Position numbers and translations under genes: made by a program. Below are positions 28,401-37,700 of a stretch of 64,000 nt of DNA, in pieces; position 1 is the first letter of the stretch, and every line of letters begins with the position of its first letter. The stretch is from a virus. The notes below the pieces were generated by a model. That model had not been told where the DNA came from and did not search any database. It was given only the letters and a program-made list of their open reading frames with translations. Location: the IMG/VR virus record IMGVR_UViG_3300008216_002531, positions 1-64,000 of that record; one strand, given 5' to 3'.

Positions 28401-30161
28401 TTGATAAGAAATAGAAATGTGAGATCGGATTCTGTGAGTAACGAGGCCAACACGTTCAACCAAAGGTCGAATTCGTTTTTAGGAGACGTGGCTGATGTTG
28501 CTTTCGGAACAGGGAGTGGAATAGGCGGGAGCCGAGACGCATACAAGGACACCGCCCTCGGCGTAACGTGGAGAGGCGGCATTAACGCTCTAGACTCAAG
28601 TATGCAGCAGGGGGCTAGGAGCCTCGGATCTTCATCCACGATCTCGCAACTAGGCTTAATAGACGAGGCTAAGAGAGAGGGGATAACGGTCCCGCAACTT
28701 AAACGCAGGAAGATGATTGAGAAGCGGCAACTCGGAATGACCCGAAAGGAAGTTGCTGCGGACAATGACAAATTGCTTGAGGAAGAGCACGGTCGCGCCG
28801 CTATCTATAACTTAAACGAAAGGAGAAGGCAGGAGAAGGAGGACGCAGCGGCAAAGACAGCGCGACTCGATAAGGAGAGAGCGGATAGAGTAGCAGCAGA
28901 GAGAAAGAGATCGGGTATGGATAGACCGGGTTACGGAGACGGAGACCGCCACTCCGTCACCGAAACCGCCGAGCAAAGGGACAAGAGATACGCCCAAGAA
29001 GCGATGGAAAACAAAGCCTATTTGGCACAGCAAGGTATTACCGCACAGACCTCAAAGGATACGGTGGCGGCTTATAACAAACGAGTTGCAGGGCAGAGTA
29101 GTACCTCACCAAAGTTTTTTAAAGATCAGCCTCGGCCCTACGAGAATCTCCCTGAGGAGGAGGCTCAGGCAAAACATACAGCCGGACTTAGAAAACGTCT
29201 TAACGAAGAACACCCCTCAATGGCTCCGCTAGGGGAAGATGTTGGTCGAACATGGCAGCAAAGACAAAGAGATTTTGATGCCAAGATGGGGATAGATAGT
29301 TTCCGTGATTCCAGCGTACCTTTGCCTGACATCCCCGCACCGGTGTTAGGCAAGAAGGGCAGACTTCAGAGGAAGTCTGAAAGATTTAGAGGCAGTGCTG
29401 ACAGGCGTAGGGCTGCGGCGAAGGCGAAGCAAGAGGCGTGGCTAGCTAAGAGAGAAGAGGTCACGGGCCGCAAGCGCGGTACTCCTACCGGGCACACCGC
29501 GCTGAAGCCGGGGTCGGTTACACCTGTTAATTTGAAGGCAAAATGGAAAAAGGACAGTAAGACTTTCCATGAACGAGCAAGGAAGAAAGCACAACATGAA
29601 GGTTATAGAAGTGCAGAGGCGAGATCGTTCCACCTCAGAGAGAAACGAAGAGCTTACGTGCATCAACAGGGGCGCGGAGATCCGGGCCTCGGGGCGAGAG
29701 GCCGTGGGGGTGTGAGAAGGCGCATGCCGAGATACGGCGGACGCCGTCAACGGCGCATCGACGATAAGTACGAAAAGGAAGCTGGATACCCCGATAGAGG
29801 GGTGATTGATCCGCGCTTGGGTGCTGGCGGTGGCTCGCGAGGGCAAGGTCTTGGTGGCGGTGGCGCGCAGTTCAGTGTTCCAGCACCGCAGCAGGGTTTC
29901 GGCAGGGAAGTGAATGTTTCTGGAATTGCGACTCAGGTTCAAGATGCCTTGGGACCAGTTATGGCTCAGTTCCAAGGTGTAAATGTTGAGCACAATATAA
30001 ACCATCAAGGTTTGAATGTTACTGGTGGTGATGGAATTGGAAGCGCTATAATTCAGCAAATTCTACCACAAATTGTAGGTTTGATAAAAAATATTACTAC
30101 GCAATTAATAAATAACTCATCACAAGACGCTACTGGAAAAATAACTACAAGGCCGGGTTAA
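22437..30161 (+). CDS. Tape measure protein (TP901-type core) with internal repeats and extra domains
   Basis: AAEFDREIVRL..VTG, LAQTG, A..FAVES.D, IATGLRTIFTRI core; Ala/Gly-rich helical and TM segments; start refined to ATG 22437 (GAGG RBS). Confidence 0.9.
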   Translation: MATPFVLTARIQTALDTGSLTRVVNRIRREMAARPIELKVVVDDARLRRLATELGTVDASARKAQAGMAGFANSVKLAATRFMAFTLAASVMIKLSMAFREGFKQAAEFDREIVRLTQVTGKSAQGLKPLVREITNLSESLGVSSLKMVEMSRILAQTGMSAKDTAIALKAIAKTELAPTFSDIKKTAEGAIAAMRQFNIEAKDLEATLGAINAVSKRFAVESDDIITAIRRTGGVFQAAGGQINELIAIFTSVRATTRETAETIATGLRTIFTRIQRPKTIKFLRQFGIELTDLQGKFVGPMEAIRRLSVSLRGMETTDLQFGRIIEQLGGFRQVGKVIPMITKHETAVKALAVAQGGANSLTIDAAKAQKALLVQVEKVKEEFHDMMRKMLASEGFKAMISMTLKLASAMIKLVESLEPVLPMLMALSAIKLGGMAMGGIGRMRVGGMAKGGVVPGVGNRDTVPAVLTPGEFVIKKSSAKKLGYDNLSGMNKYAKGGVIHATGKFGGMFIDPHLMEDTPAKGASYAGPLRGAPALANKINAGAIRKQGKGRATQVGAALGAKQRLEFPGGGQEQMLRSLSRHNPEAYAALLTNRGIKAGSSLAAVAKAAPLTGMSGGALGKFGFGKKQIALSMQRAGLFTGGAHSGTLAERSKVKNKQGQVTPADLTSGVVKMMGDPFLFGVSSVTRKDFADKYKLHTDQMLQDFAKNTLPPALVENIKQRAGGKSVEGHMFEAYLLAKSGQGAISTDSSEDFDFLKGMITQDLASLFGDPMGTQLKGFSALDAKRTKGGTAVSSLVKKAMNTFASMGKVSGLNLQFTPGPGDFGKNTAPFMLAATGGSVGSGSDTVPALLTPGEFVINKKSASRIGLGTLSSMNRYAAGGVVTSGRHNYGVMPGGPAPPLPPTSPAGPGTGSGGGGGGMGGMGMMMMLTMIPALIPQLTELGGATEETTQQVQDFSGIMMGATMGLMLFGDKLMTAGGGIAAGGLLITAAAVAWAHSQEKAAARAKEAAIKSGNRSVAMAKAEEEARAAEGKKMGAVVGVVFTALALLGKGLIVAAAAIVGWPVVIIGLIAAGLAAAFGGVELGKTLADAEAEAAKKMVIARMDAIDATKKFAEGMRNIEKQIKSGNLAAASAGFVTEVTELSKAIEKAKRSGMSLDSEELSTMTDRMSDAGAATATHLSRLAVEAAKAGGDIGLVIGSNKELIQAHGTAKSAVMALAAAQLRASAIAMPSGTAKERKAQNAALKRASDMDVKAAMIRFDAEKDIKAQMKADFEQQKRHTEALKANTALFLHQARIVNDLGTVMTALSVATMEAADTMRGISAAASLGMGKVGATKLKGTRGKMLSGNLADADTAEYANLLNQLFAPLGQLGATIGKELTQAQDAFSGASEFVVQHTDAKTGQMMKGWEGKLKKHLGNVPAALKEKILTSIKDIEGPKTPQKIKEALKEAEGYLDPVKKQAMELYKLQLDHVNRLNSAYDKQRKLLGAMAKSQKDWVSHGFKAMAVMRKHMGMESSLALAQGQHAAEQQAILGQAGLGGLGGNIAVMGNHLRNTNKKIVAAEKSLEGMVGDPTKAGLAADNLARLKNESETLTKALKHAGNMAGQRAVIEEKIAKAKAERETRKGLLEEFTFGSGKERGKLAKDLKVTQFAAAVGDMDKIPGKLRGTVLKTLDRFKDTLIPGSGGRTGEEVKNQLMARQAQKMGASPQQIQRILMRGREEEMLIAMLGQLFMAESAARMELMKTQKDMHIVLTNDIQKLHMDFVNKLTQVLQQIQGGGAAGARGNVNAGRQFPGGAPVGAGGAWVPVVGGQGVAGGGTAGQRAGRIQANQARANARAAQEEADKAAAEKKAADERKDAADKAKEKADRDLAVSVEAARQRAAANTYDAVRARQRQRRPGESPVDAHFRNLREGNPGPGGYRAAGGVIYAQGGFQARGTDTVPAMLTPGEFVIRKSSAQKIGYGNLHSINRYDQGGKVHKHPHSGRLIRNRNVRSDSVSNEANTFNQRSNSFLGDVADVAFGTGSGIGGSRDAYKDTALGVTWRGGINALDSSMQQGARSLGSSSTISQLGLIDEAKREGITVPQLKRRKMIEKRQLGMTRKEVAADNDKLLEEEHGRAAIYNLNERRRQEKEDAAAKTARLDKERADRVAAERKRSGMDRPGYGDGDRHSVTETAEQRDKRYAQEAMENKAYLAQQGITAQTSKDTVAAYNKRVAGQSSTSPKFFKDQPRPYENLPEEEAQAKHTAGLRKRLNEEHPSMAPLGEDVGRTWQQRQRDFDAKMGIDSFRDSSVPLPDIPAPVLGKKGRLQRKSERFRGSADRRRAAAKAKQEAWLAKREEVTGRKRGTPTGHTALKPGSVTPVNLKAKWKKDSKTFHERARKKAQHEGYRSAEARSFHLREKRRAYVHQQGRGDPGLGARGRGGVRRRMPRYGGRRQRRIDDKYEKEAGYPDRGVIDPRLGAGGGSRGQGLGGGGAQFSVPAPQQGFGREVNVSGIATQVQDALGPVMAQFQGVNVEHNINHQGLNVTGGDGIGSAIIQQILPQIVGLIKNITTQLINNSSQDATGKITTRPG
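23784..23933 (+). repeat. TMP repeat 1 (AxGG..DTVPAxLTPGEFVIxKxSAxxxGxxxLxxxNxYAxGG)
   Basis: Three copies seen in the translation. Confidence 0.9.
24942..25085 (+). repeat. TMP repeat 2
   Basis: AATGG..SDTVPALLTPGEFVINKKSASRIG..LSSMNRYAAGG. Confidence 0.9.
28203..28370 (+). repeat. TMP repeat 3
   Basis: YAQGG..GTDTVPAMLTPGEFVIRKSSAQKIG..LHSINRYDQGG. Confidence 0.9.
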
Positions 30162-30167
30162 TAACTC

Positions 30168-32540
30168 ATGGTAGTCGCAGTATCTGGAATTAATATAGGA
30201 TTAACGATCTTTGGGGCCGTTGATCCAAAGCTGGGGAACAAGCTATTCCCATCGGGAGACAATATCGACTTTGGGTATTGGCGAAGCTGGAAAGACGATT
30301 CTCTCACATCCAAGTCTGGTATATTTAACCAGATATACCTACCGTTTGATGGAACAGGGGTAAAGAGGAGTAATAAGCCAGAGGTTTTTGATAGGGTTAA
30401 TAACACAAATATCATAGCTTCTGGCGGCCATTGGGCAAAAGGGGGGGAAGACGGTATCCCACAAGGGGCCATGGGCACGAAGGATCTCAATTTTGTCCCT
30501 AGGTCTATTTATCTAAATGAAGGCGATTATATTAATGTTGGAAGTGGTAATACTTTAGGATATGCAAATAAATTTACCGTCTATGCTAAATTAATGCCCA
30601 GTGGCGAGCAACTTCACACTAGGATTATATCTAAACATAGTATAAACCCCGCACAAATGGTGCTCGGAACTGATCCCCAAGGCCTGTACTATATCAGGGC
30701 TGACGGAGAAGACGATGATGGAGGCAATGTAGCCTATTATGCCAAGAGCGACAAAGAATATTCGCTATACGAGTTTCCCACTCAGGTAGTTGGTGTCTTT
30801 GGTTACACAAGCGAAGGCACAGGGGCCGATATAAAAAACTCTCTCGCGCTTTATGTAAACGGAAAATTACAACAGGATGTATCTGCAAGATTTAGCAGAA
30901 GCTCTCCAGAAGACAGGCGGGCCGATGATATTAGGGTCGGTGAAGGAGAGGCTGGCGACGGCGATGGTTATAGGGGTTGGATTGACGAAGTTGGTGTTGC
31001 TAATTATGTGATATCTCCGTCTTCTGTTCAAAGGCTGTATGATAACACCTTTGCTTTGCCCGACTTTATTAATGAAAACTTGGGAGCTAGCGGGGCATAT
31101 AACTTTAGCTTCAGTCAAGCTTTTGACGCAATGGACACAAACTATATTGAGTTCATGGTTGATTCTGGAAATTCTCAAGGTCAGGTGGGGGGAGCGTTTG
31201 ATAAGTCTCTATGGGGAAACAATCTTTATTCTGTTTCTTCTAATATTTATTTTGGGATGGACGATCTCAGGAGTGATGCCTATCAGGTAACTGATAATAT
31301 TTATGTTGATATGTGGATTAAACATGATACTAACCATTTTAGCGGTGGATATCTTCAGCCAACTATTCAAATACAAAAACCGCACGATACACACTATCAG
31401 AATATTGACTGGAAGGGAACAACAGTCTTTTTGCCGTCGAGCGTTAAGAGATTTCAAAATATTAGATTTAGTGGCGCCCTAGATCAAACCCATCCTTACT
31501 CTGGTGGAAACAATGTATTTCACCAAGACGGAAAAAGGGAGTCCAGAACAGATTTTAATTTGCACGAATTAAACATTTCCTTGTCTTATCCCAGTGGAAC
31601 TTCAGAAGCTACAGAAACACAGTTTCGTCGCAATAAACCATTCCAAAGTAGCTTTAAGGTATACTCAGCCAAAGTAAATGTTGACGCTTTTGTGATACCG
31701 TCTACTGGCACAGAAGAATTAGATCTATATACCTCTGGAGATACGGCGTCTTCTAAAACTGCTAATATTGACCTATATTTAGATGCTAAAAATATTGTCG
31801 GTAATATAGACTTATATTTGCAACATGAAATTACTAAGCTTCAAGGTAGCGGCCTGCTTTCTTCTGCTCCTTTGGTTTCTACAAACAAGACCGCAACTTT
31901 ATATACCAAAGCAGGTTTATCCGATGATTTGAAGCTAAATAGCTTGAACCTCTTTACTAAGAGTGTTCCGGGTCCGGGCGCTTCAGGTATTGACACTGCT
32001 TCAATAGATTTGTTTTTGTGGCCTTCACAGTATGGAACAAGCGGTGTTAGGAAGTGGGTCGATCTTTTCTTAGATGTTGCCGATCCAGTTCCACCAGCTT
32101 CTGGATTTTTCTCTCCTTCTGGAACGATGAACTTGTTCCAGAAAGGGCCGAGTAAAGCACCTCTTACTAAAACGTTAGAATTATACGTACCCTCTCCAAC
32201 AAGCAGCCGTGGCGCCGACTCAACGTTCTCCAGTAATGAAATCAGCCTCTATGCCAAAAATGAGGCGGTTGCTCTGACCAATGATATTCCTTTGTATGCA
32301 AAGACAGACCAAGCGGGAACCAAAAGCGGAACTTTGAATTTGTATCTGTTAAGGAAGTCGGGAGAATTTAATCAGATCGAGTTATTCTTGAAGGGGCCAT
32401 ATCCATCAGGGACAATCTCCTTATTTAATGTAGGGCATACTATTAAGTCCTCCAGTATATCTTTATATGCTAGCGGGCTAGGAAAACTAACACACAGTAC
32501 AACCCCCCTTGTCACTAAAGGTTATACAAGTTCAAGCTAG
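30168..32540 (+). CDS. Tail protein with LamG/ConA-like domain and C-terminal xxL[FY] repeats
   Basis: FTVYAK..IISK..LALYVNG..IRVG..YRGWIDEV (LamG-like); about 15 [LIMV]xL[FY]-type units at the C-terminus. Confidence 0.65.
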   Translation: MVVAVSGINIGLTIFGAVDPKLGNKLFPSGDNIDFGYWRSWKDDSLTSKSGIFNQIYLPFDGTGVKRSNKPEVFDRVNNTNIIASGGHWAKGGEDGIPQGAMGTKDLNFVPRSIYLNEGDYINVGSGNTLGYANKFTVYAKLMPSGEQLHTRIISKHSINPAQMVLGTDPQGLYYIRADGEDDDGGNVAYYAKSDKEYSLYEFPTQVVGVFGYTSEGTGADIKNSLALYVNGKLQQDVSARFSRSSPEDRRADDIRVGEGEAGDGDGYRGWIDEVGVANYVISPSSVQRLYDNTFALPDFINENLGASGAYNFSFSQAFDAMDTNYIEFMVDSGNSQGQVGGAFDKSLWGNNLYSVSSNIYFGMDDLRSDAYQVTDNIYVDMWIKHDTNHFSGGYLQPTIQIQKPHDTHYQNIDWKGTTVFLPSSVKRFQNIRFSGALDQTHPYSGGNNVFHQDGKRESRTDFNLHELNISLSYPSGTSEATETQFRRNKPFQSSFKVYSAKVNVDAFVIPSTGTEELDLYTSGDTASSKTANIDLYLDAKNIVGNIDLYLQHEITKLQGSGLLSSAPLVSTNKTATLYTKAGLSDDLKLNSLNLFTKSVPGPGASGIDTASIDLFLWPSQYGTSGVRKWVDLFLDVADPVPPASGFFSPSGTMNLFQKGPSKAPLTKTLELYVPSPTSSRGADSTFSSNEISLYAKNEAVALTNDIPLYAKTDQAGTKSGTLNLYLLRKSGEFNQIELFLKGPYPSGTISLFNVGHTIKSSSISLYASGLGKLTHSTTPLVTKGYTSSS

Positions 32541-32547
32541 GTGAAAT

Positions 32548-34206
32548 ATGCCAGTTCAATATACAAATACAGCGGGAACCACACAGATTGTTCCCGCCCC
32601 AATGGCTTCCGTTAATAAGCAATACGATAGGCTTGGTGATGGCACGATAGTTGGAGTTAGACACGAGATAACCCTAACGGGAAAAATCTTGGCTTTTAAA
32701 GGATCCCCCGGAGGAAAAGCTAGTGCTGGAGACACTAATGGATACCAAGCGGCAATTCAGAGTTCGCAAAAAGCACTTCGAGATCTTTTTGCCGATGAAG
32801 GTGGCCAGCTTGAAGTCACTCCTTGGGACGGTTCTTCTAGCCAAATAACATGTAAACCTAGGCTTGTGTCTATTGACTTTCCAGATAGAGATCCTGTTTC
32901 ATGGTTTAATGTATGTGATTATACAATTACTTTAGAAGCAGATTATGTCGACGGCTCTTGGTCTACCAATGAAGACGATTTCGATTGGGCGATTTCTGGC
33001 GCTCAAGAAACATTTGATTTTGGAGAACAGGATGGCTCATATCAATACAGTTGGAATGCCGGTAGAACAGACTTACAGACCGTTGGTAAAATTTTTAGGT
33101 TTTCTAGAAATATAACCGCCACGGGAAAGAAACGATATGATGACAGCGGTGCGGGTCCGGGCACTCCAAGCCCTCTATTAGACGGTGGTGAAGCTTGGCA
33201 GCAAGCTAGTGGGTATGTCTTGACTAAGTATGGGTTGGGATATACTAGAGCTAATTTGGCCGATGGTCAGGATATTAAAAATTATCCTACAGACGATCTC
33301 CCAATACCGTTGGCTTTTTTGGGTCTTCCAGACTATTATAAAGTATACAACCATAAACGTAATGTTCAAATAGATAGATCCGCTGGTAGTTTTGCCATAG
33401 TAGAGGAGTGGATTTTCGCAAGTGGAACAGGAACAAACGCCGTATCTGAAGACACTAATGTTTCTGTCTCTACGTCAAACGACAGCGGATTAACAACAAT
33501 TAGTATTAATGGTAGTTTGCAAGCCTATAATGGAGAAAAATATCCGACTCCGTTTACTATAGATGATCACGCAGTCAATAACTGGGATGTGGTTAAAGAA
33601 GAGTGGGAAAATAATGTAGAGCCTAACATATATAACATGGCTCTGGCTTTAGCAAAAAATTCGTCGAACAAAGGTTTTAGCGGTAATTTACATCCTCTAC
33701 CATTAACAACAAGCGTTGCTAGAAATCCTAGTCAGGGAAGTATTGCTTTTGACTATTCATTCAATACTAGGCCAGAGAATTGTGTCCCCGGAACTCTTTC
33801 TGAGACTATTACCGTAAACGATGTTGCCCCCGGTCAAACAATAGCAACAACGCCTGTCATAGGTAGAATTCTTGGTCCGGTTATGCAAAATGTAGGCACC
33901 CAAGGGCCAGCTTGGGCTAGATCACTAACCATAGATCTTACTGTTTCTGGGATAGCTCCTGCCAATTGTGGTGCAGGCTCTATTGGCGTGTGGTTAACAG
34001 ATATGAAGCCCTCAAACCGAACCTCTCCTTATAATCAAAAATCTGCTATCGAGGCTATTGTTGAAGGCGCTGCTCCTCATGGCAAACCCGGAGTCACGAA
34101 GGCTTATACTACTCCTTCACCAACTGAAAATTGGGATCCTAAAAATGGAAAATACACGTATAATATTACATGGAACTATGAACTTAATCAGTCTAAATAT
34201 TACTAG
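32548..34206 (+). CDS. Minor tail / distal-tail-like protein
   Basis: Beta-rich; follows the TMP; ITLTG and YTITLEA strands. Confidence 0.55.
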   Translation: MPVQYTNTAGTTQIVPAPMASVNKQYDRLGDGTIVGVRHEITLTGKILAFKGSPGGKASAGDTNGYQAAIQSSQKALRDLFADEGGQLEVTPWDGSSSQITCKPRLVSIDFPDRDPVSWFNVCDYTITLEADYVDGSWSTNEDDFDWAISGAQETFDFGEQDGSYQYSWNAGRTDLQTVGKIFRFSRNITATGKKRYDDSGAGPGTPSPLLDGGEAWQQASGYVLTKYGLGYTRANLADGQDIKNYPTDDLPIPLAFLGLPDYYKVYNHKRNVQIDRSAGSFAIVEEWIFASGTGTNAVSEDTNVSVSTSNDSGLTTISINGSLQAYNGEKYPTPFTIDDHAVNNWDVVKEEWENNVEPNIYNMALALAKNSSNKGFSGNLHPLPLTTSVARNPSQGSIAFDYSFNTRPENCVPGTLSETITVNDVAPGQTIATTPVIGRILGPVMQNVGTQGPAWARSLTIDLTVSGIAPANCGAGSIGVWLTDMKPSNRTSPYNQKSAIEAIVEGAAPHGKPGVTKAYTTPSPTENWDPKNGKYTYNITWNYELNQSKYY

Positions 34207-34214
34207 GTTTACTA

Positions 34215-34730
34215 ATGGTTTGGTCATTTCTTAGCAACGGTTCAGCTTCTGGAACTAGTGATACGCCTTTTCCCGGTGGGCCTTTTCGCCAAGGGACAGG
34301 GGCGCATTTGGGTCTTGGCGCGGAAGGTGTGTCAAATGGCGCTACAGAAATTGTTCCAAAAATTAGCTTACCAGAATTGAATCTGACAGCAGCCGAGCGA
34401 GAGGCTCGTGGAGGAACATTTGGTAAATGGGAATTAGGTATGCCTTTGGTGTCTCACGGCGAATTATATGAAGATCATACTGGGGTTGCTGATAAGGATA
34501 CAGGAGAAGTAGTTCCTTTTGGAATTCCAATATCTAAATTTCATCCATTATCCGAATCCGACAAAAAAAATAATGATATACATAAGACTCTCAGACGTAT
34601 GAAAGCAAAATATAGTAGCACAGCGGTCAATTTTGGAACAACCCAAACTGGCGGTTTGCAGGCGTTTGTTTCTCCTAGCGGAGGCACACAGATTGTATTC
34701 CCCGGACACAGTAGTAGCGGAGTAGTTTAA
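34215..34730 (+). CDS. Hypothetical tail-region protein
   Basis: 171 aa ORF within the tail operon. Confidence 0.55.
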   Translation: MVWSFLSNGSASGTSDTPFPGGPFRQGTGAHLGLGAEGVSNGATEIVPKISLPELNLTAAEREARGGTFGKWELGMPLVSHGELYEDHTGVADKDTGEVVPFGIPISKFHPLSESDKKNNDIHKTLRRMKAKYSSTAVNFGTTQTGGLQAFVSPSGGTQIVFPGHSSSGVV

Positions 34731-34731
34731 T

Positions 34732-37700
34732 ATGGCGCAAAGACCCGGCCCCTTTAGTCCAGAATCTGTTGGGCTTGATTCTCCACCACAACAAACACCG
34801 TTTTGTGGGGCTTCCGTGGTAGACTTTAATGCCTCTGTTGGGTGGGGCAGCGCTGCGTCCACATTGCAGGTTAATTTAATAGAAGACGATCAATTTGTTA
34901 GACCTTTTGACGCTAGGGTAGAGGGATATGCTCCTATTGTTGGTGGCAACGTAGATGCTCCCTTGGCCCTGCAAGCAGGGAGATACATTGCTGAAGGCCC
35001 ATCCACTACTGGAGATGGGAGCAATCCAGATCCTGATGGATACGGCGTAAGAATGGTAGACGTGGCGAGACGATTAGAGGGCAAGCCTACTAGGGCTGGA
35101 AGAAGTTTATATACGCAAGGAGACTTTTTCTGGGGTCCGTCTTTAGGTGCTCCTTGTTATTTTACCTTTGGAGATCGGCAGCAGCTTGACGGCACTATTG
35201 GCTGGAAATTTAATGGGCTGTGTATTAATTATCAGAGAGAGATGTCTGGAGGAGGGGAAAGATTTCAAGTCCAGTTAGAATCTCCAGTTAAGATTCTTGA
35301 GGGCACTCAAGTAATACTTGGTGACTATTATGGAACTACCGCTCCCCAAAGCCCTTATGAAAATGGAATAGCATGCGGTATTGGTTCTTATAATGTCATT
35401 AATGCTTTTGGATACTATGAACATTGGAATTATGGTGGGGGCTTTGGAAATTCTGGTAGAAATGAAGCCGGTATGATTTGGCATGACCCAACCAGAAATG
35501 GCGGGGTCTTGGTCGCTATTGATGATATATTAAATAATTGGCATACAAGAATACCAAACAATGTGTTCGGTGGTCCGTTAGTTTATCAACAACACCCAGA
35601 AAAATCTCAAGCGAGCAGCGCGTCTGTAAACGGCGTTAGTTATAAGTATGAAATAGACCTAAGCGATTTAAGGGTGGATAAAGGCATAGGCATTCCTAGA
35701 CATTATAGAGTTGGGGCCGCCAGCATGTCTCTGATGGCTTTAATTTCTGACGTGTGCTCTGCTTCTAGTTGCGACTTTTTTGTTAGTCTAGAGCAACCGG
35801 ATCAAGCTCAATATAGTCGTGGTGTTTACGGGACTATAAAAATAAATGTTATTAAACGCCACCAAAACCCCCAAAGCTTTGTCATCAAAGACGCTGTTTT
35901 AACCGAAGAAAAATCAGCAGGCCCCAATACGATTGTTAGTAACAGGCTTGGGGCATCCTTGGTTAATAACCCAACCGCGAAAATGGTTTTGGGTGGCCCA
36001 ACCACAAGAATGGTAGGAATACATTCTACTTTTTACAATCAGTGTGGTTCTCCGGGTATCTACACATATCAAAACCATCCCAGCCTTCTTTCTTTTCAAA
36101 CTCTTCCATATTCCGACATGGATGAAGCCCGGATTGGACCACCCGGAAACCAGCAAATATATCCCGTGTTTGGGGTCTGGGAGAGGATGGTGCCAACAAT
36201 AAATGGGCCTGATGGCAGTGTTTATGGCGGCTATAGCACCACAGAAGGCATTGGTTCCCCTATTCTATCAGGACACCAAGTAGTTTCTGGGGCGTCTGCG
36301 GACCCCTTGGCTAATATTAATACTCTTGATCCCCTTAGAGACTTCACCGTTACGGTAACGCAGATAATAGATGGTGAGCCTGTAACTTCTTATAGGCCTA
36401 TATTTGATATTCCTATAGATTGTGGAAAAGAGGGATATCCAGACCAAATGCTGGGCTATCCATATGGCCCCTCAGACCCAAACAATCCCGATCACCCCCT
36501 CTCTGGCCCACGGGCTTACTTTACTAATGGTATGCATCTCGCCAGTATTACCGAGCTAAGAATAGCGGCTACCGGTGACCAAGCAGCTTGGGAAAATTAT
36601 ATTTCTAATTACAACATCCCCGTTTCAAAAAACTTGGGCGGGTCTGGGGATGATGGTGGTGTTGAGGGGGACATGTCCGTTGTTGCTGATTTTATTTTTG
36701 GAAAGACCAAGGGGGGCTTTGACGCCGCAAGTCCTTTCGACGCACACAACACTTCTTATTTTGCCCAGCTAAAAGCTGACCGTCTATATGATGGTGATCT
36801 AGAAATGTTAATTGGTAAGGTTTTTGACAAGATTAAGTCGGTCGCAACGGAATACATGGGTAGAGTGTTTTTGACTGGGCTGCCCTTTACCCCGCCAACA
36901 TTATCCGAGCACATTAAAGTGGAGTGTGTGGACGAACCTGCGGCGTGGACGGGAGCCTGCACTCCGTCTATGCAGTTCACAGAGGCTTGGGAAGTTGCCG
37001 AGTCTGCTTGGGTGGAGATGGGAACTTTAGGGGTTCCAAACGATCCAAAATTTTATGACGACAGCGGAAAGCTTAAATGCTTTGTTTCATATGCAATGAG
37101 TGCCGGTGGAGCGGGGGGGATACCACACGACTTTACTTCTGCTAGCTCAGAAAAATATCAAGCTGTACCGGCCCTAAATACTGTTTTTATGACTGCGTCA
37201 CCAGAAGCAAAGCCAGCCAAGGTTGCTTCCGGGCTTCCAGATTCTCCTACCATTACTTGGATGAATGGCTATCCGTTTGTAGTGGTTAGGTGTGATCCAG
37301 TGAAATATGTTGACCCTATGCTTATTGCGGCTAATAAGGTAATTAGAGGCCCACAAGGAGATCGTGACGCATCTGCTACTGTTGCCGCATGGATATTTGG
37401 AGAAGGTCAGGTTGACGGAGATGTTAATAGGGACCAAAGATGGAATACTGGCTGGGGAAGTTCTTTGGCTAGAGCAACCATCGATGGAGCATTAATGAAG
37501 CCCGTCATTATTGCCGTGCCACAAAGAAGCAATCGTCTTTTATATGGGCCTTGGGCTGAAGGTTATAAATTTGGAGCTACGGAACTAGAATTTGATAGCA
37601 ATCTCACGCCAGAAAACTTTGGTGGAATTGCTAACATGAATGTTATGGGCCAATCGTTAGCTTGGCACACCGCCACTTTTGGGATGGGGCATGAAGAATC

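Noticed and set aside
22548-30490. Many antisense ORFs over the tape measure (e.g. 25301-26047, 29442-30059)
   Set aside because: They are shadows of a long Ala/Gly-rich coding frame with no recognisable motifs.
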